From Nageia nagi (taxonomy: Eukaryota > Plantae > Pinophyta): a DNA stretch of 64,000 nt. The stretch's first letter is position 1. The number at the start of each line of letters is the position of its first letter. A program made the translations under genes and the position numbers. This document shows, one piece after another, positions 40,655 to 53,875 of this stretch. The notes beneath the pieces were generated by a model. That model had not been told where the DNA came from. It worked only from the letters and a program-made list of their open reading frames with translations, and searched no databases. Location: contig JBITNC010000002.1 in assembly GCA_050084985.1 (NCBI GenBank), positions 38,750,001 through 38,814,000 of the forward strand. The letters run 5' to 3'.

Positions 40655-43600
40655 TATACAAATTAACTTAAGACTAAAATTTCAACATAATTTGTTATCA
40701 GAAAATGATCAATGTCAACTTCTAGATTGATGACCATTGGCAATTTGTTATACTCAAATTTAAATTTCAAATTTTGTCCATTAAAATAAAATAGAAAACA
40801 AAATTTTGCATACACATGTGAACACAAATGCTTATATGGGTTTCCCTCAATGTGAGAGTACATCTAACCTTGAATAGATTTCCCTTTTTTTATTGAATCA
40901 AGGATAAATCTATAACCACAATAGCATCATGCTATACTTATTTTGGACACCCTTAACCCTTATTCATCTCCAATGGTATTATTTACTCCTATATTGATCA
41001 ATAAACAACTCCATAGAGTTCTCTAATGCTGCTCAATCCTCCCTCTAAGTGACTCATGAACATAATTTGAGTTTCTCAAGTTCAAACCTGACTTAAGAAT
41101 TTGATTTTTCTTCAATGGATATGTTTCAACTATTCCTTTAAGAGAGTAAAATATATTCAACCATCTCACCAAAGAAGTATTGGTGCAACCTTTAATCTTG
41201 TCATTCATGATTCTAGCCCTATTCTTCCAACATCTTTTGGTTGAAGGACTCATAAGATTCTTTGCATGTGACAATGAAGGAACTCTTTAGAATACCCACT
41301 ATCTATCTCTAATATTATAATGAGCATATGGTATTGTTATTCATGTAAATTACAAATATATACTAAAACTCATATTATATCCCTATAACACACAACATAT
41401 AACCATAGATTGGTGCTCCCAATACAACTATATGTGATTAGTCCAATAGATGATGAATACCAAAAGAAATAACATAGAATGAATACTATTATTTATTATA
41501 CACTTTTCATATTTGAGAATGAAATATGAAGTTCAATAATTATACATATACTATCTATGGTATGTTCTATGTCACATTTGGTGGCATCTAGCTACACTTG
41601 TGACTAGTCTCCTATCACAAATTTTATCTTTTCTACTTCCCACATTCCTTATTCCTATAATGAATTATTCTAGAGGATAAAAGACTACAACTAATATATC
41701 TTCCATTGTAGATGGTTCTTTAGCTTCCCCAAGTAACTCTTGATGCTTTAACTTTCATTTTACCCATTTAGAAACTAGATTCCTATTGAGGACTATTGGT
41801 GGTCCTTTTTTTGCTAAATATAGTCATTATATTTTAAGACTATGCTTGATTCCCCACAAGGTATATGTTAGTGATTCCTATTATTATAGTTAATGATTTT
41901 CATTATTTTGAAATAGAGTTCAATTTTGGATCACACCTTTCAAATATGAAGGCTTTTTGTTCCCAAAATGCTAGGTAAAAACTTTGAAGAGTTTAGATCT
42001 TCAATCTAAACTTGTGTCCACTTTGCACATGATGCTATATTCATGAATTCATATTCTTCATGTACTTAATAACTCCAAGTCTTTATCAATCCCAAATGAA
42101 ATCATAATATTCTCTAATAATACTTTATATACAAATATTAGTAACCTTTGCTATTCATGAGATCATCACATAAAGATTAATTTAAGACTAAAATTTGAAC
42201 ATAATATATTGTTCAAAAAGGACTTATGGTCTCCTATTGAGGATCACTAATAGATTGTTATGTTTAGAAATAGACCATTTGTGATCCTCATCTTGAGGAA
42301 TTTTATTCTCAAATTTAAATTAAAAGTTTTAACTACTAAAATAAGATGTAATATAAAATTTAATTGATAAAAATTTACTTTGTAGCATCTCAACTCGTTT
42401 CAATCAAAAAGTGCTTTTCATGAAAGTAATGAGTAGAAAAATTAGGGAGGAACTAGTCAAGATGGATACTTTGCATACAAGCCTAATTTGTAAGGAAAGG
42501 AGAGTTTGGGAGATTCTATGTAAAGATAGGATGAAAGATTTTATGGAGGCATGTAAAATATTTGATCTAGGCCAATCTATCAAGGTGGATAAGTTATAGA
42601 ATTGAGGGGTTTGTAAAGTGAATTCAATAACTTTTGAGATCAATAATTTTGAAATGATTATAAAGGCTATCCATATGGCCAATATGGATAAGGATCTTAA
42701 GAGGGAGATGAAGCTGAAAAAAAATGAAGATATTTTCAAATTCAAGCAATAAGGGGAAGATTTTACTAAACTAGGTCTAGGATTTGAGTGTACCAACCTA
42801 CCTAAGCCATGGGATGAGGTGGTGAGGGCCGTCATGTGCTATGTAACTCTAAAGGGTAGGCATAAGGTTATCTATACATATCATTTTAGATTGTTAAATT
42901 ATTTCAAACTTAAGGGAGAGGAGATAGTAATTTTTTCTTTCTTCATTATACACTCTCTTGAAATATCAATTAAAAAATGTAATATGGATATGAATAAAGT
43001 CTCATTTCATCAATCAATTATCAAATTTATTTATGATATATCTCTCTATAAATAACATCAAAGATTTATGAAAAAGGATGCTTCTAGGATCCTTAAAAGA
43101 AGAGCAAGAGGGGAAAACAAAGAGGGTAAGGTGTTGGAAGAAGATCCTAGGGGAAGTGGAGGAATTTTTGGTGAAATCATCAAGCATGGAGGAAATTAGA
43201 GGAGGAAAGTACAAAGGAGTCTATAAGGATTAGGATCGATAGTCATTAGGGACAAAAAAGGAAAAGGATGAATATTTTTTTTTCAAAATATAAGGGACCA
43301 ATTAGAGAGTCCTCTATGGGTGAGTCAAAGAAAAAGACAAATGAGATGAGGAGAGCCAATTAGGGTATGGGAGAGAGGAAGATACACATGAATACATATA
43401 ACACAAAGGTATGACCTATATCTAGAATTAATCTACCTAGAATCACCAAGGAGATGATGGAAAATTTTGTCAATAGGGCTATGTTGAAAGAAAATAAACA
43501 AAGGAGAACAATGAACCAATGAAAATGAAGTTAGAGCTAGTAAAGATTGTGAATATACCAATTATAGGAAGCATATGTATTAAAGCCATCCTGATTCTGA

Positions 43601-45190
43601 TGCCAAGGAGCAGGATGATACATAATATGATGTTGTTTGAGGAAATCAAGTGGAAGGGAGGTATGAGCCTATGGTTTGAAGTGATTACATAAGATGCTCT
43701 TCTAATTATGAATATGTTAGATGAGGCATATGTTTAATTATATAAGAATAGGTTTATGTATTTGGAATTTAAGTTCACAGGGGAGGAAGACATGCTAATT
43801 ATGTAAGCTAGAATTTTTGCTATATGGTTAAATGCCAAACTATGTATTTCAATGGAGTTTTTCTATTTTGAAGTTGTTTGGTTGCTCTTTTTTGAACTAA
43901 ATATAGTAGACTAATATATGAATATATTTTTTGTGATATTCATGAAGAAGGAGCTTAAACATGGTGACAAGTTAGTTTGTATGGAAGATGAGGGGATTTG
44001 ACTCATATTCAACCTTACTGTTGGGTTTCTTCACTCTTACTATTTATGTAACAAGCTTTGAAATTTTGTAAGCAATAAAAATATTTTTTTCCTAATTACC
44101 CTCAATATGAGAGTGCATCCATTCTTGAAGTGCTTTATCTTTTGTTCTTGAATCAAGGATTAAGCTATAACCATAATAGCTTTATGTTATGCCTCTTTGG
44201 ACACTCTTACACCTTCTTTAACTTGAATGGTCTTACTTCCTCTTCTATTGATGAATACACAACTCTATTGAGTTCTCTAATACTTACCAAGCCTTCCTCT
44301 ATGTGACTTGAATATAATTTGGTTTTATGAAGTTCAAACTTGACTCAAGAATATTGTTTTTCTTCAATGGCTATGTTTCCATCCTCCCTCTAAGACACTC
44401 AAAAATATTCAACCATCTCACCAAAAAATTATTGGTGAAACCTTAAATATTATCATTCATGATTCTAACCTTATTTTACTAGTATCTTTTGGATGAAAGA
44501 CTCATAAGATTCATCACATATGATAATAAAGGAACTCTTTATAATACCCACTATCTCCTACTAAGAGTATAATGAGCATATGGTAATATTATTCATATGC
44601 ATTACAAATATATAGTAGAATTCATGCTATATCCTCATAACATACAACATGTTATCACATGTTGGTTCTCCCATTACAACTATATGGGATCAGTATAATA
44701 CATGAGGAATACAAGAAGAAATAACATCGAATTAATACTATTTCTCATTCTAAACTTTACAAATTTGAGAATGAAATAAGAATTTTAGTACTTATACATA
44801 CACTATTTATGGTTTACTCTACACTATATATGATGGAAGCTAACCACACTACTAACTAATATCCTCTCATAATGCTTTTCTTACCTACTTCCCATTTTTC
44901 TTGTCCTTATAATGAAGTCTCTCAAAATATAAAAGGCCACAACTAATTTCTCTTATAATGTAGTTGATGTATTAGCTTCCCCAAGTAACTCTTTACACTT
45001 GACCCTCCATTTTCCTCTTTCAATAATGGGCCATTAGAAGCTTGTTGAGGATCCTTGGAAGTAATTTATCTTGATAGAATAGATTGCTGGAAGTCCCTTT
45101 TCTAAAGATTTTAGTCATAAAAAATTGTAAGTATGCATAATTCCTTGCATGGTAGATGTTGGTGATATCCATATTCAATTTTAAGGATCA
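40655..45190 (-). mobile_element. Second large-LTR/tiny-internal element: LTRs ~40655-41933 and ~42172-45190 (the second interrupted by a 1.7-kb insertion); internal region ~240 bp
   Basis: Colinear direct repeats (e.g. 40845-41880 vs 44099-45170); both end in GGATCA. The sequence after 41933 (cacctttcaaat...cccaaaatgctagg) resembles that after 37676. Confidence 0.75.
42390..44090 (+). mobile_element. Insertion carrying a homolog of the LINE ORF3 and a 3' UTR ending in AATAAAA; probable 5'-truncated LINE
   Basis: Single frame 42420-43055 with three internal stops: VWEILCKDRMKDFMEAC...NLPKPWDEVVRAVMCYVTLKGRHKVIYTYHFRLLNYFK...HQSIIKFIY. The segment is absent from the sister LTR copy; gcaataaaaa at ~44072-44081. 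Confidence 0.7.
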
Positions 45191-46569
45191 TTTTTAAAAT
45201 CAATTTTATACTCTTAACCATCAACAAAATCAAACCATGGAGTGGTTCCATTTTATACAAGAGAAAGGATAAAGTGTCCAAGATACAAAACTTAATTCAA
45301 AAAGAGGGTTGTAATAATTAATGTCTCTCTAAAAATCCAAAAATATTTATTGAAATACATTAGGGGGTTGCATAGCTATCTTTGCCATACTATTTTACTT
45401 TTTAATAAATCAAATTTGGATCAAGTTTGTATTAAGTCACAACACTTAGAGGGTCATGGGAAGTGCAAAAAAAGGATACATAGTCCATGAAGGACAAGAA
45501 AAAAGAGAAGTATAAAGTTAATTCTTCAATTAGAAAATTAATGATAATAAGACTTGATGCTTGAATTGCAAGAAATAGGGCATGAAGAGGATAAGTGTTA
45601 GTATATGCACCTAGAACATAGACCTAAAATATTTAATGAGAAACCTAAGAAGAAGGTAGCATAAATGCTCAAGATAGAGCCAATGTTGTAAGAAAAAGGG
45701 ATTTGTGAGGTTGTATATTCTTTAGATATTGATGAAACACTAAATTGCATAGTTCTAAATGGCTCATCATCCAAAGGTAAAAAAGAGGAGAAGAGAAAAA
45801 CTATTCTACATCAAGATCCAAGCTAAGAAGACCAAGATTGATGCACTTTTTTATTCTTGATCTTAATTGAATATTATTTTAGAAAACTTTGGTGCATAAG
45901 TTAGGTTGAAGATATATCCTCATTCATGCCCTTACCTAGTTGGGTGGATAATCAATTTATCAAAGATGCAAGTCACACACCAATGTAAGTTGAGATTTTC
46001 GATTAATATTGATTATATTGATGAGGTTGAATTTTATGTTGTACTTATTGATATTTTTGGAATAGTGTTGGGTATTCCTTATTTATTTGATAGGGATTCT
46101 ATATATTAAAGGAAGAGAATAAATATAACCTTATTAAAAGGGTAGGAAATTTTTAGTAAAGTCTCACGTGGGAAAATTACAAATTCTATTTTCATTGCAA
46201 AGAATATGAAAGATATTATTTCTACTTCTAGAAAACTAACACTTATGACACTAACATGTCAAGAAGACAAATAGGCATTTTTGTCCAAATAAGGTGTAAC
46301 CAAACATTTAGAGATAAGCCTAAAATAATGAAGATGAATAAGTGGTGTAATAAAGTGGAAGTGGAAATGAATGCAAAACCTTACCATCCTTATATGATGG
46401 TTGAGGGATTTATGTCAAGGAACCATTGGATGATTTGAACGCATCCACTATGGGGTCAAAAATGGTATGCATTTCCTTAGGAAAATATTTTTCCTCATTA
46501 TTATATCTTGTAAGTAGTTGAGGATCAAATACCATCCATTAGGGAGGCTTGATATGAAATTGGATCAAA

Positions 46570-46835
46570 ATCTTGAAAAACCTTATTACAGTCAAAGAAA
46601 ATCCTTATCATTATAAGAAAAATAATTATCATGATTATAAAGCCTTACTGTAGGTAGGAAATCATTTTCCATGGGAACAAAATCCTTGAATCATGTATAA
46701 AATCATTTTTCACATACATAAAACCCATATCATAGGTAAAAAACCCTTATCATTGTAAAATACCTATCGGGGTTCGGGAAAATACTTGTCATGGTTTGGG
46801 AAAATGCCTATCATGATGTAAAAAACCTTATGTTA
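46570..46835. repeat. Degenerate ~23-bp subrepeats (aaaa(t/c)ccttatcat) in the LTR U3
   Basis: Roughly ten variants of aaatccttatcat / aaacccatatcat / aaatgcctatcat. Confidence 0.6.
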
Positions 46836-47649
46836 TGTCATCATATTCATAATATAATATTAAATATTGAATACCCTAATAGGATGTGGCATCCCTTGTA
46901 CTAACATCATCAACTTAATGGCATAATATTTAGTGTTGATATTGTTAGGTTCATTTCATGATATTTAGTGGTTAAGTGTTGCTAGAATGCAACATACTAG
47001 GTTCTTATGCCATCACCTTCATGACATAATGCAATTAAAGACCTGATATTATTATTAAATGCTAAATTTGGTAAATCAAAGCATGATAGTGGAGTTAAAG
47101 GGTTGGTATTATTTTTAAAGATTGAATGACCATTGATATTCACATGTAACCATTGTAACAAGTCATGCATATGTCAAAAATGGAGTTGAATAGTTTAGAG
47201 GAGTGGAAAATTTTATGGAGGAAATTGAAGCAACTGAGAGAAACCCAAAGAAAATCAATTTTAGCTATAAACTTCTAGAGAGATTCATTTAAAGGGATCT
47301 TTTGGTAAGGGAGAATAGTCATATTTCATGTTTATGTAGTAGGTGTAGATTTTAGTTATCTAAGAAGAGTTGTAGCCCTAGGATTGATAAAACATGTCCT
47401 TTGCTTGGCTAAATGTATGTTCTTATTCAATAAATAAGATTAAAGTACTCTTGAAGTTGCTATGTTATTCTATGTTGTCCATGTATGAATTAATGTTGTG
47501 GAATATTATTCTATATTGTTGTTAAGAAGGCATTCATTATCTAGAATGATTGGGAACATACAATATAATAATAAAATTAAGTCTAAAAAAATCTATATTT
47601 GAGGATCTGTGTATACTATAAACATTCGATTATTATATATCACTAATCA

Positions 47650-49050
47650 TAACTTCATGCAAAATCCAATCTACCTATATTTTTATGTACCAAACATCTT
47701 ATGTATATCTTCCACAAGATTTTCTAGGCAAAAGAATGATTTTTTCATTTTATTCTTTAAAGGTAATATGTGGTACTTTTTGAGGGATCTACATTTTTAG
47801 ATTCTAACTATTACTTAAATTTTTGTAGTTTTAATCAACATCTTCATAGGATTTAAATTTATTTATAGATTTGAAAAGAGGATCCATAGGGTTTTTTCCT
47901 CTTGGTAACAATTGATTGAACAAAGATTATCTTTTGAACATCCAACATCTACTTCTAATTATCACTAGTAGAAATAATATTTAATGTTAGGAGATTGTTT
48001 GATGCAATAATATTACTATTAATTTGATTTTTTCCTTTGAGGATCTTACCTTGATTTACACTCTTTAAATTTTTAAATGCTCATCTGAATTTTTTTTGAA
48101 TACTCATCTTATTTATATCCTACACTAGTTGCAATTTCAAAGTTATATATTCTATAATAAATATAGGGCTTGGTCAGTTGCATAGGTACCTTTTCCTTAT
48201 ATAGCCATCTTGTTGCCACCTACAACATTCCATGGTAAAAGTTTTACATTTGATCTTTTGAGATTAGTTTCCTTTGCTTTAAGAAATCATGATGGATTGG
48301 GACCAAGATGTTATTTTGTCTATTTAAAATTTTTAGTCTAGCTTTACTTGTATTTTATCTTTTTGTTAAACTATCCTCAACTTATTTGCCCATATATTAA
48401 TAGACATAAATAGAGTTCCCAATTTTGGTGAAGATCATTTCCCCCATATTTCAACTAGAATGGAATATATATTTATACAAATTGGGAGTTCATAAAATTC
48501 TTCTATAAAAAGGATTAAAACCAAACATCCATTCTACTATGTAGATCCCTCTTTCCCAAAAATGAGTTACATCCATAGCCCCAAACATAGTCTTAGCCTT
48601 AATATTCTTTAATACTTATACAAATAAATTACTAAGGATTAATGTTATCAAGACTAACCTAGTCCAAGATAATTTAATAATATTTTCAAGTTCTATAAGG
48701 CTTATGTTTCTAACTCTAATCTTGTTTATGAGAGTATTGGTTATATATTTAAATACACCATTTAAAAAACCTACTCTACATTTTTGATGGAAATAGATTC
48801 ACCAAAAATATCAATTCATAGGCTTGAGATTATTATAATACAATCATCCTATTTATGATCCAAGTATAGACCATATTATTAATATTTATGAAAACTATGA
48901 TCTTCATATTTTTTGTGAATGTTATTTACTAAGAATGTGATTTCATACTTATTCTTTAGTTGAGATTGATGAGGATCTATTAGTGTCACTCATTGATTAT
49001 CCTATGGTTTAAGAAAAGTCACCATTTATGTACATTATGTATGCACTTTC
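47650..49050 (+). mobile_element. Highly decayed LINE ORF2 3' fragment (tentative)
   Basis: Faint remnants only: GLG near 48166, F*WK*IH near 48782 and SIDHI near 48863 (zf-RVT-like). Confidence 0.3.
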
Positions 49051-49309
49051 AATGTCCATGTAATTTTTATTTTATTTTTTTAGTATTCATATAGTATATA
49101 TTTCTTGATTTTGAGTATGCAAAAGGTTTTTAAAGGAATCCTCACACTTTTACACTATCTATTTTCATATTTGAATCACTTTGGTGTCTTTTAATTCCAT
49201 TCCATAAATTTATATTTAGAAAATTAAAAGTATCCTATTATATATTTTTTGAATTTTATTATATATTTTCTTACTATTAATGGCTTAGTAAGATATATAA
49301 ATAAAAGAT

Positions 49310-50215
49310 TATAATTTATGATGATTATATACTGCACTCCTTAATACGATAAATAGAAAGGTACATAGGAGAAAATTGATGATCCTGAAGCTTTCCATAA
49401 TTTGAATTAATTGTTGAAATAAGATGTATAAAAAGTGATATAATATGTAAAAATATAATTAATGACATGATTGTGATATTTGGTCGTACCTTGTTAGCTC
49501 TAAAATTATAAGAATTGTAAAAAGGATTTTTGAGAAGTACAAAAAAATACATAAGATGATAATCATGCTTCACATGAAATACAATAATGGATCAAATAAG
49601 ATGTGTAAAATATGATATGGAGTATATAAATGATAATGGATGATATTAAAGTGGCATGTGATGATACATGATCATAGAGTCCAAGTGTAAGTTATTATGA
49701 TAATTGTGAAAGGTTTTATCAAAATTACAAAATACATGTTAGAAGATCAATCATCATCACACTCCACAAATCGCAAATTAATGATTAAAATGAGATCTTG
49801 GAAAAGTTATTTGAAGTGCAAAATACCAATAATGCATATGATAGTAACATATGATAGAGCTATATAAGATTAGAGGCTAAGTGCAAGGAATTACAAGAAG
49901 CATGGAAATTATCTATAAGAAGATTTAAGATAAATATTATGCTTCAAATATCTTGATGTAATGGCTCAAATGAGATCTATAAAATATGTGATATGAAGTA
50001 TAAGAATTCATAAAATAATATGAAAGTGATATATTATAGTTTCACATGAGCTCATAGGCTAATATTAAGAAATTATGATAATTGTAAAAAACATCTATGA
50101 GAAGCATGAAGATAGATGGGATAATATAAATAATCATCACACTTTATATGCCATGATTCAATTGTTTAAATGAGATATATGAAAATTTATATGAAGTATT
50201 AAATACCAATGATTG
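49310..50215. repeat. Degenerate tandem array of about 5 monomers of ~180-200 bp
   Basis: Anchor aaat(a/g)agat recurs at ~49417, 49594, 49788, 49968 and 50168. Confidence 0.6.
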
Positions 50216-50225
50216 AAAGTTACCT

Positions 50226-50494
50226 AAAAAAATACCCCCTTATGGTCTATTAGGATGATTTAGATTCACCCTCTTAGGTAGATCCTACGAGGGTGATTTT
50301 AAAACTCCCTCTTTTTTTTTCATTTTAGGAACTAGTTAGAATCAAATTAGATATAAGTATTCTTTCATATTCTATTAGTACTAAATTTATCAATAATACT
50401 CCATAATTCTATAAGTATCTTAATATTGGTTTGTAAAATTTTGAAGAATATCAAGTTTTTGCAATAAATATATTTGTAGTAGGGGATATTTTTT
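50226..50494. mobile_element. MITE-like segment with terminal inverted repeats and an internal hairpin
   Basis: Termini aaaaaaataccccctt (50226-) and taggggatatttttt (-50494). 20-bp imperfect stem 50259-50278 / 50284-50303 with a 5-nt loop. Confidence 0.4.
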
Positions 50495-51099
50495 CTTCTT
50501 TGGATGAAATGGTTATTAATTCTCAATTCAAATAAAGCATTCATTTATACAAGAGTAACAAATTATTAAGACCAATGAATACATATAAGGTTTCTTTTTA
50601 TTTTATGTAAGGATTCTTTTAAGTTATAGTTCCTTGAATTTATCTTCTTTGTGGTTTTAATCATTTGGAACAAAGTAATTAACCTTGAAATTTTTTTGGT
50701 GAATTAAATAGCTAGGAAATAATTAAAATTAATACATAATGTAATCATGGATAAATAAGAACCAACATCATTATAATCATAGTACTAGAAATAAATTTGT
50801 ACTTAATCCCACAATGAAATGTAGTATAATATGAACTTAATCTAAAAATATAATATAACTCATAGAATATGATATGATCATGTTTTAAGATAGAAATTGA
50901 AAATATATTCATTATAAAAATATTATATTCCTTTATTTAATTACCTCCTTTCATTTGTTTCTACAAAATTCAAAATATTTTTCTTAGACTTCAAGTGTAC
51001 AATAAATACTATTTATGAATATTTCACGCAATTAATCCCATGATACTAGAGAAACAAAGTTTATCCAAGGTACATAAACCTCCTATATATCATCTTAAG

Positions 51100-52050
51100 T
51101 GTTTCAAATAAGAAATTACATGACCTTGTATGATGAAAAAATACTATGCTATGTTAAATTCTTTGACAATATGATTGCTAAGGATAGACGATAATTAGCA
51201 TATAATATTACTTTTCTTTTAGTACTTATTAGAAGCTAATAATGATGAATCCTATTAAATATATAATATGAATAATGCTTGATACTAATAAATATTTCTA
51301 GGTTGTAATAGAATTAGGCTATGTATTAATGACATGAATATAATTGTAATGATAATGTTAAGTTTGATTAACACTATTCTAAGATAAGATTCATGACTAT
51401 AATTGCAATGCTAATTTTAATTTACAGTAAATCATACCATGTTAAGATGATATGAGTATTTCTTGGTATTATCATGTATGTTATTTCATATCAAAATCAT
51501 GCTATATTAAGATTATATAAATATATTACAATGATACTATTAATTATGAAAATATGATCTACAAAATTATTATTACTATCATATATACTATTTTATTTCA
51601 AACATAAGCTATGCAAGAATAACATGAACATTAAAATGATATTATGATATAAGCATGTGTTGTAATATGGAAATTATTACCCTATTATAGTATACATGAG
51701 TATTCTTACATACTATCATATATGTTATATTACTTCAAATATAGGCTATCTAGGCATGACATGAACAGTAAAGTAATATTGCCATATAAAGTAAAACTAT
51801 GCTATGCAAGTTTATCATGCATAATGCAAGGATGTTATTGTATCATAATAAGTTAAGTAAGAATGAAATAAATATTGTAGCAATAAATTTATATTACATA
51901 TTTAAAACTATTAAATACATATATGATATGAGTATATTCTAGTGGTACTTCCATAAATATTATGTAAAAATCATGTCTGATGTAAATATGTTAGTATATG
52001 TATTTAAATACATGAAAATTATGTTATTAAAGTATGTTATGAATGTTACA
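51100..52050. repeat. Degenerate AT-rich tandem repeat region
   Basis: Recurring gctat(g/a)...aag and atgagtat motifs (e.g. 51452, 51697, 51929). Confidence 0.4.
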
Positions 52051-52899
52051 TCTATTTGTATTGATAAGGTAGTTATTAAAGAATATAATGTACTAATGCA
52101 ATAACCCATTAGAGAAAATTCTATCAATTTTACATCATGTTATTACTTGTTGATGACCAGAAAGATCCATTTATTCATTATAATTGTAACAAAATATATT
52201 TGTTCTATAAAAATAATATCTTATTATATGCAACATTTGTACAAGTATTTATAATGAATACTATGGAATTTTTTGATTACAAAGTTACTGTAAGATCATA
52301 ACTAATTTTTAACTTCAATTATGATTGCTCTCCAAGGCATATGGCTGATAGGGAAAATCTCATTCACAATCACCCATAAGTAAGTTGAAAACTTAGTAGA
52401 ATTTACTTCTAGTATCTATTTGTTTAGATTGCAAATGATCTTGATCTTATATCTACTACTTGACTATAGTGCACATCTTTTTTGTCCTCTCTTTGTACAA
52501 TATTTAGTATTTGATTTTGTGATAACTAGGCATCTTATAAGACATCATATTGAATCTAAATAATTTTTAATATTAACTTAAAAAAGCTATTGATATAGTA
52601 ATTTCATTAAAAACATGTTAACCTTACAATAATAAGCCTTTTTTCCCTTATGTTTGGTGATATATATTCTTTTTCTGTCATTCTTGGCATCTCTCGTATT
52701 GTATTGTGTATATGATTTCTTAAATTAGGGAGCTAGAAGATCGATGGTAAATTTTATATTTAATATTGCTCTATGATAAGGATATTTTCTAATACATTTT
52801 ATGTTAAGGGATCAATTATGATAATGTATCATAAACCTATCCAATGTATCATAAGTTTTCAAAGTATTAGTAATATACAACAAATCTTAAGCATATAAA

Positions 52900-53875
52900 A
52901 TTTACCCGAGATAAGAGATGAAACTTCACACTATACTTCAATGAATTTAAAATAAGGTAATACATAGGAAAATTCAAGAATCTAGAACATCTCTCAATAC
53001 AATAAAATTTAAGTGGTGTTCTACTCAACAAATTCATATTTCTAATGTTGTACTAAACATCATCAGAAGAAGATGTTGAGATCCATCAAAAAATAAGAAA
53101 AAGTGGTTTTCATTTTGATAATATCATGGTGAATGCTCTACTAAATAGGTATGTTAAGTTTGGGAATATAAATAAGGTCCATATATTGTTTGATAAAAAA
53201 TAATAAAGACACCATCTTATGGACTACAATGATTACAAGACATTCCTAGAGAGGGTTCTTTAGGGAATATGAAAATATATTTAGGGAAATATAATAAACA
53301 GACATAATCTCATATATTACAATGATCATAGGAAATACATGGAATATGTATAGTTTAGATATCCCTAAGTATTTTCAAAAAAAGTAATTGTCTAGTTTTA
53401 AACAAGATTTAATAAACTTTACAAATATTTTTATTATACATGAAACTTTTACATATTTAAAAATAAGACATAAAATTTCATTGACAAATAACTATATGTG
53501 GGCTTCTTTTGAATGCAATTGTGATAACAACCCTAATAGACATGTATGCAAAATATGGGAGTATTAAAAATATAAAAATTTTCTTTGATAAAATGCATTA
53601 TAAATGAATAATTTCATATATTGAAATGATTGTAAGATATCCAAGGAATGATTGTAGGAAGAAATATACCATTCTATTTGAAGAAATAGAGCACTTGGGA
53701 TTGAGTCTAGATCGTATCATATTTAGTAGTATTTTATTTTCATGCTACCATATAGGGCGAGTGAAAGAATGTTATCAATACCTAAAATCCATGAATTATT
53801 ATTATTGTATTACATATACATTTGAATACATATATATTTGGTTAAGCTTATTGGTCATCCTAGGTATCTAGATGA
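52900..53875 (+). pseudogene. PLS-class pentatricopeptide repeat (PPR) pseudogene
   Basis: NALLNRYVKFGNINKVHILFDK (~53132-53197); TTLIDMYAKYGSIKNIKIFFDKM (~53527-53595); FSSILFSCYHIGRVKECYQYLKSMNYYYCI (L2/S2 motif). Many stops and frameshifts. Confidence 0.85.

Larger units (their letters stand above)
36078..47642 (+). mobile_element. Ty3/gypsy element with gag and protease but no RT/RH/INT; truncated 5' LTR (36078-36109 plus 39882-40137), 3' LTR 46550-47642; host of two nested elements
   Basis: PBS TGGTATTAGAGC at 40140-40151. gag at 40292-40650, resuming at 45191. Protease ORF 45906-46109 is homologous to 11368-11643. PPT AGGGAGGC then TGAT at 46550. 39882-40137 aligns with ~47365-47642. 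Confidence 0.8.

Noticed and set aside
42404-42835. Longest ORF in the track (143 aa, minus strand)
   Set aside because: It is the antisense shadow of the plus-strand ORF3 homolog; no motifs of its own.
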